Assembly: GCA_963765675.1 (NCBI GenBank)
Contig: CAVXXK010000003.1
Coordinates: forward strand, 288,001-352,000
Source of the DNA: an uncultured delta proteobacterium
Lineage (GTDB): Bacteria; Desulfobacterota; Binatia; Binatales; Binataceae
DNA: 64,000 bases
Direction of reading: 5' to 3'
Each line of letters starts with the position of its first letter. Position 1 is the stretch's first letter. Below the pieces are notes generated by a model. It saw nothing but the letters and a program-made list of their open reading frames with translations, did not search any database and was not told where the DNA came from. This document shows positions 58,583 through 64,000 of the stretch, in pieces. Both the position numbers and the translations under genes were made by a program.

Positions 58583-59389
58583 ATGAGCGTGCGCGAGCGG
58601 CATCGGCGCGAACGCGAGGCGCGCGGCCAGGCGATTCTGGCGGCGGCGGCGCGGGTTTTCGCGCGGCACGGACTCGAAGGCGCGACGATCGAGATGGTTG
58701 CGCGCGAGGCCGAGGTCGCCGTCGGCACGATCTATCTCTATTTCGCATCGCGCGACGACCTGTATCTGACGCTGGTGGCTGAGCGCGGCGAAAGCCTGCG
58801 CGCTCGCTACGCCGAGATTCATGCCAAGGCGCTCAGTCCGCTGAAAGAGCTATACGAGATCGCGGCCGCCTATCTCGACTATCTGCGCGAATCGCGCGAG
58901 CTGTTCATCTCGCAGCAATCGGTCAGCTACGCGCAGCTCGAAACGCGCCTCAGGCGGCCCTCTGAGCTGCGCCATTTCCGGCGCGTGATAGCGCAGGGAC
59001 ACGAGGTGTTCGCGCTGTACGAGAAGACTATTCGACGCGTGGTCGAAGCCGGCCTGATCGCGCATCCGATGGGCGTGACGCGCACCGCCGCGATTATATG
59101 GGCGACGCTCAACGGCGCCTTCATGCTGATGGGCAATGACAGCTTTTTCCGCGACGTTACCGGGCTCTCGACCGAGCACTTTATCGAGGAAGCGCTCGAG
59201 TCTCATCTCGCCGGCGGGAATCACAATGGTGTCGCGCGCACCGGCGAGCCTTCGACCGAGCGCAAATCAAAGTCTGTGGGAGCGGCTCGCAACGGCGGCG
59301 CCAGAAATATAACGCAGCGAAATCTAAAGGAACGAAATATTAAAGATCGGGTCTTGGACGAGACCGATGCGGTCGCCTCCGCCTCGTAA
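58583..59389 (+). CDS. TetR/AcrR family transcriptional regulator
   Basis: ILAAAARVFARHG...VAREAEVAVGTIYLYFASRDDL HTH. Confidence 0.92.
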   Translation: MSVRERHRREREARGQAILAAAARVFARHGLEGATIEMVAREAEVAVGTIYLYFASRDDLYLTLVAERGESLRARYAEIHAKALSPLKELYEIAAAYLDYLRESRELFISQQSVSYAQLETRLRRPSELRHFRRVIAQGHEVFALYEKTIRRVVEAGLIAHPMGVTRTAAIIWATLNGAFMLMGNDSFFRDVTGLSTEHFIEEALESHLAGGNHNGVARTGEPSTERKSKSVGAARNGGARNITQRNLKERNIKDRVLDETDAVASAS

Positions 59390-59419
59390 GCGCGCGGCGA
59401 ACGCCAAGGAGAAAAGCTC

Positions 59420-60724
59420 ATGAAGTTTACGTGGTTCCATCTGATGCCCTACCGGTTCCTGCCGGAAGACTTCAAGGACAAGTACCGCAGCGTGTGGGTC
59501 GATATCCCGCGCAACCTGTACGATCCGAAGGTCGGGCACAAGCTCTACAACGACTATCTCGATCAGCTCGAATACGCCGACAGCATGGGCTTCGACGCGC
59601 TCGGCGTGAACGAGCATCATCAGAACGGCTACGGGATGATGCCGTCGCCGAACATCATGGCGGCGACGCTGACGCGGCGCACCAGGAACGCCAACCTGGT
59701 GGTGCTGGGCAACTCGATCGCGCTGTACAATCCGCCGGTTCGCGTCGCGGAGGAATTCGCGATGCTCGACGTGATGTCGGGTGGGCGACTGGTCGCGGGT
59801 TTTCCGGTCGGCACTTCGATGGACGACAATTTCTGCTACGGCGTGATTCCCGCGCAACTGCGCGAGCGCTATTACGAAGCGCACGATTTGATCGTGAAGG
59901 CATGGAAAGAGAAGGACATCTTCTCCTTCAACGGCAAATACACCAAGCTGCGCTACGTCAATCTGTGGCCCCGGCCCGTCCAGCAGCCGCATCCCCCGAT
60001 CTGGATTCCAGGCGGCGGCTCGGTCGAGACCTGGGACTTCTGCGCCAATCACGACTACCAGTACAGCTTCCTGTCGTACTTCGGATATCTGGCGGGCAAG
60101 AAAGTCGCCGACGGCTACTGGGACGTGATGGCGAAGAAGGGCAAGGAGCTCAATCCCTACTCGATGGGCTTCGCGCAGATCGTCGCGGTCTCGGAGACCG
60201 ACGAGCAGGCGGAGAAGGACTACGCTCCGCACATGGATTACTTCTTCAACCGATGCCTGCACGTCTATGACGGATTCGCCGACGCGCCGGGCTATCGCAC
60301 CGTTAAGACGATCAAGGCCGGAATCCTTGGACAGGTCGGCGACCGCGCCGCGATGGTGCGGCAGGACCTCAAGTGGAAGGACTTTGTCGAGCAGGGCTAC
60401 GTGATCGCGGGATCGCCCAAGACCGTGCGCGAGCGGCTGCGCGAAGCGATGAAGCATATCCATTGCGGCCATCTGATGACGCTGATGCAGATCGGCTCGA
60501 TGCCGCCGGAGCTGGTGCGCAAGAACACCAGCCTGTTCGCGACCGAGGTTGCGCCCTACGTGCGCGACCTGTGGAGCGAGTACGAGGACAAATGGTCGCC
60601 CAAGCGGATGCCGCAGGACGAAATCGCGACTCCGGCCACGGTCCATTTTGATTCCAAACCGACCAACGGCGCGGCCAAACGTCCCGTGGCTGCATCCCAT
60701 GCGGAGGCGCGCAGCGCGAAATGA
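59420..60724 (+). CDS. LLM class flavin-dependent oxidoreductase
   Basis: NEHHQ, RVAEEFAMLDVMSGGRL and WPRPVQQPHPPIW motifs. Confidence 0.93.
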   Translation: MKFTWFHLMPYRFLPEDFKDKYRSVWVDIPRNLYDPKVGHKLYNDYLDQLEYADSMGFDALGVNEHHQNGYGMMPSPNIMAATLTRRTRNANLVVLGNSIALYNPPVRVAEEFAMLDVMSGGRLVAGFPVGTSMDDNFCYGVIPAQLRERYYEAHDLIVKAWKEKDIFSFNGKYTKLRYVNLWPRPVQQPHPPIWIPGGGSVETWDFCANHDYQYSFLSYFGYLAGKKVADGYWDVMAKKGKELNPYSMGFAQIVAVSETDEQAEKDYAPHMDYFFNRCLHVYDGFADAPGYRTVKTIKAGILGQVGDRAAMVRQDLKWKDFVEQGYVIAGSPKTVRERLREAMKHIHCGHLMTLMQIGSMPPELVRKNTSLFATEVAPYVRDLWSEYEDKWSPKRMPQDEIATPATVHFDSKPTNGAAKRPVAASHAEARSAK

Positions 60725-61506
60725 TTACGACTCATCAAAGCCAAGGCGGCAAATACTCGATCGAGCTGCATACGTACGGCAGCGGCGGCGAGCCGCTCCT
60801 GTTCCTGCACGGCGCCGGCGGGCTGATGCCGCAGGAGCCGTTCCTCGAAGAGCTCGGACGCGACTTCAAGGTCTATGCGCCCCACTTCCCCGGCTACGGC
60901 GAATCGACAGGGACCGAGTATATCGACGACGTCTCGGACGCGTCGCTGTTCTATCACGAGCTGATGGACGAGCTGAAAATTCCGCAAGCCAATATCCTGG
61001 GCCATTCGATGGGCGGGATGCTGGCGGCGGAACTGGTGGCGCTCGATCCGCATCGCGCAAAAAAGCTGGTGCTGGCCTGCCCTGCCGGCTTCTGGATCCA
61101 GGAGCATCCGATACCTGACTTCTTTGCCGCGCCGCTGAACGAGATCGCAGGACTGCTGTTTCACGATCCGAACTCGCCGGCGGCGAAAATGATGACGGCG
61201 ATTCCAGAAGACTTCAAAGCGCTCGAAGTCATGTACGTCGAACGCGTGAAGCGGCTGGCGACCGCAGGAAAGTTCCTGTGGCCGATTCCGGATCGCGGAC
61301 TCTCCAAGCGCGCCTACCGAATCAAGGTGCCGACGCTGCTGGTGTGGGGCGAGTCCGACAAGCTAATTCCTCCGGTCTATGCAAAAGAGTTCACCAGCCG
61401 TATCAAGGGTGCGAAACTCGAAACGATCAAGCAGGCCGGGCACATGCTGATGTACGAGCAGCAACCGGCGTTCGTAAAAGCGGTGCGCGACTTCCTGAAA
61501 TCCTGA
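60721..61506 (+). CDS. Alpha/beta fold hydrolase
   Basis: FLHGAGG, PGYG, GHSMGG, GESD and AGH motifs; ATGA-coupled to the LLM gene. Confidence 0.92.
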   Translation: MITTHQSQGGKYSIELHTYGSGGEPLLFLHGAGGLMPQEPFLEELGRDFKVYAPHFPGYGESTGTEYIDDVSDASLFYHELMDELKIPQANILGHSMGGMLAAELVALDPHRAKKLVLACPAGFWIQEHPIPDFFAAPLNEIAGLLFHDPNSPAAKMMTAIPEDFKALEVMYVERVKRLATAGKFLWPIPDRGLSKRAYRIKVPTLLVWGESDKLIPPVYAKEFTSRIKGAKLETIKQAGHMLMYEQQPAFVKAVRDFLKS

Positions 61507-61754
61507 TCGCGCACAATCTCGAGGCTCATCTGATCGCGGCCGCGGCGTGAACTTGCCGCGGCCGCGATGCTTTTGCGCGACTGCATTTCGTTTTCTGGCA
61601 CACCGGTCGCAGTCTGAGGCGAGTCTATTCATCTTCTGCCCACGAACGCCTGCTGCAGGCGGTCAAAGCGCAGCACAGATACGGCACGCCCCATGCTCTC
61701 CCTTACAGGAAATCCTTTGCGTAAATCCTTCGAAAAACTCTGCTGGTGCCGAGG

Positions 61755-61930
61755 GCGAGATTCCTCGCGATACCTGCCACTCGGCCGGACGTGCACGCCG
61801 CCCTACGCATCGCCTGCGCGCGCTCGGAATGACACAAGAACCGCGAACGTTGTCATTCCGAGCGCGAATCGACCGCCAGCTCTGGCGTCGTGCATTCGCT
61901 TCGCGTCACGCGCATCGCGAGGAATCTCGC
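61755..61930. repeat. Inverted REP pair (GTCATTCCGAGCG...GAGGAATCT type)
   Basis: GAGATTCCTCGCG...GCTCGGAATGAC followed by GTCATTCCGAGC...CGCGAGGAATCTC. Confidence 0.75.
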
Positions 61931-61989
61931 CAGCCGCGAACGCAGCCCAGTGCGATGGGTCGCGCAAAGTTCTCCTTCCAGAGGGATCT

Positions 61990-63258
61990 ATGCATTACCG
62001 CGTGAAGTGTCTGATTCCTTCTCCTTGTCCAAGGAGAGGCCGATCCTCGATTCGCGCGAGCGCGTCCGGCCAGGTTCTCGTCATCCTCGCAATCACGATT
62101 CTGGTAATCCTCGTCGGCGCGGGACTGGCGGTGGACGTGGGCTATATGCAGCGCCAGAAACAGCGGATGCAGGTCGCGGCGGACGCAGCCGCGGTCGCTG
62201 CGGCCTCGGCGTTGATTACCAATGCGGAGAGTCCTGCCGCCGCCGGCGACAACGACGCCACGCTCAACGGATTCACCACCGCGGCCGGCACCACAGTCAC
62301 GATCAACAACCCGCCCAAGAGCGGCAACTTCACCAGCAACAGCAGTTACGTCGAAGCGATTATTGATCAGCCGCAGCCGACCTGGTTCTTGAGCCTGCTC
62401 GGAATAAAGACCATGGACGTAAGCGCGCGCGCGGTTGCGGGCACTGCGAACGCAAGCGGATGCATGTACGTTCTCGATCCCTCGGCGTCCGGCGCGATCA
62501 CGGCCAACGGCAACGGCAATATCACTTCGCAGTGCGGAATCCTCGACGATTCGAGCAGCAGCACCGCGCTTATCGCCAACGGCAGCGTCACTATCACTGC
62601 CAGTGCGATCGGCGTGGTCGGTAATACCCTCGCCAACGGCAACGTGGTGCTCACTCCGAAGCCGGTCACTGGAATTCTGCCGGTGTCGGATCCGCTCGCG
62701 GGTGTGCCGGCTCCGTTTGTGGGTCCGTGCACCTACAACAATTTTATCGTCAACTCGAATCAGTCGGTGCAGATGAGCCCTGGCGTTTATTGCGGCGGGA
62801 TCATCTTCAACGGTAACACCAAGGCGAATTTTGCACCCGGGGTTTATGTGCTGGCGGGCGGCGGGATGCTCGCGAACGGCGGATGCACTCTCACCGGCAC
62901 GGGCGTCACCTTTTACGACACCACCGGCAGCGGCGGATACGGGCCGATCACACTGAATGGCAGCGTCACTGCGACGCTCAGCGCGCCGACCTCGGGTCCA
63001 CTCAAAGGAATTCTGTTCTTCCAGGATCGCTCAGTCACCAACGGCGCCGCGAGCATCATCAATGGCGGCGACACCGTGAACTTCACCGGCGCGCTCTATT
63101 TTCCGACTACCGACCTGACCTACAACGGCGGCAGCAACGCCGCCTACTCGATCATCGTCGCGAAGGACCTGATGGTGAACGGAAACATTACGATGAACGC
63201 CAACTATTCGTCGCTCACCGGAGGCTCGCCGATCCAAAATGCGACTCTGGCGGAATAA
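61990..63258 (+). CDS. tadG: TadG-like Flp pilus assembly protein
   Basis: SGQVLV...GLAVDVG...MQVAADAAAVAAA N-terminus; Gly/Asn-rich beta-repeat C-terminus; start uncertain. Confidence 0.8.
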   Translation: MHYRVKCLIPSPCPRRGRSSIRASASGQVLVILAITILVILVGAGLAVDVGYMQRQKQRMQVAADAAAVAAASALITNAESPAAAGDNDATLNGFTTAAGTTVTINNPPKSGNFTSNSSYVEAIIDQPQPTWFLSLLGIKTMDVSARAVAGTANASGCMYVLDPSASGAITANGNGNITSQCGILDDSSSSTALIANGSVTITASAIGVVGNTLANGNVVLTPKPVTGILPVSDPLAGVPAPFVGPCTYNNFIVNSNQSVQMSPGVYCGGIIFNGNTKANFAPGVYVLAGGGMLANGGCTLTGTGVTFYDTTGSGGYGPITLNGSVTATLSAPTSGPLKGILFFQDRSVTNGAASIINGGDTVNFTGALYFPTTDLTYNGGSNAAYSIIVAKDLMVNGNITMNANYSSLTGGSPIQNATLAE

Positions 63259-63703
63259 GGCCGAGCGCGGCCAGAGTATCCTCGAAGCCGCGCTCGTCGC
63301 TCCGATCCTGATGTTCATCCTGCTGGCGGTGGTCGAGGCGGGACGCATGATGTACTTGAGCGTCGCGCTCGAGCACGCCGCCGACGCCGCCGCCGAATAC
63401 GGCGCCACCACCACTACCGACGGCGATCTGACCGGGATGCAATCGGCGGCGACCAACGACGTGCAGTCGAGCGGGCTCTTCAACAAGCTCTATCCTTCCA
63501 ACGCCTTCGCCTCGACCGCGACCAATTTCTGCCAATGCGCCAACGGCGCCGCGACCTCGTGTACCAGCAACAACTGCGCCTCCGGCGAGTTTGCGGTGTT
63601 CGTGCAGGCGAAGACCGCGGCGACCTACGCGACTCTGGTCAAATATCCGGGCCTTCCTGCCGCCTTCACGATGAGCGCGCAGGCGACGTTGCGCGTGCAG
63701 TGA
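63239..63703 (+). CDS. tadE: TadE-like pseudopilin
   Basis: RGQSILEAALVAP...E.G...AA..AAEY. Confidence 0.85.
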   Translation: MRLWRNKAERGQSILEAALVAPILMFILLAVVEAGRMMYLSVALEHAADAAAEYGATTTTDGDLTGMQSAATNDVQSSGLFNKLYPSNAFASTATNFCQCANGAATSCTSNNCASGEFAVFVQAKTAATYATLVKYPGLPAAFTMSAQATLRVQ

Positions 63704-64000
63704 GCGAAAGCATCAAAATGACCGCGCGCCATCGGAGTTCCGGACAGGCGACCACCGAGTTCGCAATCGTCGGCGCGGTGTTTCTGACCCTGCTGCTCGG
63801 AATGATCGAGTTTTCGGCCGCGATGTACGCCTATGATTTCGTCTCGTATGCCGCTAGCCAGACCGCGCGCTACGCGATGGTTCGCGGGAGCACCAGTGCG
63901 TCGCCCGCGACAGTTGAGCGACCTCCAGACATACGCGCAGAGCCTCGCCAGCGGCCTCAACACCGCGAATCTCTCGACCAGCGCAGCGTGGACGCCCAAC
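63700..64000 (+). CDS. Second TadE-like pseudopilin (partial; apparent frameshift near 63914)
   Basis: SGQATTEFAIVG...ARYAMVRG; continues as SDLQTYAQSLASGLN...WTPN only after a +1 shift. Confidence 0.75.
   Translation, partial: MSESIKMTARHRSSGQATTEFAIVGAVFLTLLLGMIEFSAAMYAYDFVSYAASQTARYAMVRGSTSASPATVERPPDIRAEPRQRPQHRESLDQRSVDAQ

Overview
64 kb of high-GC, non-mobile-looking bacterial chromosome. The abundance of LLM/SDR/amidohydrolase/DUF1302 genes and the rplM-rpsI...argC order suggest a deltaproteobacteria-related lineage such as Candidatus Binatota (inference only). Contents: an aromatic/lipid catabolic cluster (Rieske oxygenase, SDR, TetR, amidohydrolase, two LLMs); housekeeping genes (pfp, argC, rplM, rpsI, tRNA-Asp, nadE, ABC-F, yqeY); an RND efflux pair; a RelE/ParE-like toxin-antitoxin pair; a B12-riboswitch-controlled orphan tonB bracketed by two long palindromic repeats; several unrelated REP-like families; and the start of a Tad pilin cluster. 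Most notable: (1) a 1297-aa stand-alone protein with a catalytically degenerate restriction-endonuclease-like N-terminus, TPRs, a GreA/B C-terminal-like domain and a PIN RNase domain (candidate defence or domesticated conflict system); (2) a FecR / small beta-barrel / CHASE2 adenylate cyclase cassette between rpsI and argC (candidate trans-envelope cAMP signalling system); (3) three unannotated structured-RNA candidates. Three genes carry frameshifts that may be sequencing indels. All family calls are from motif recognition by eye; no searches were run.
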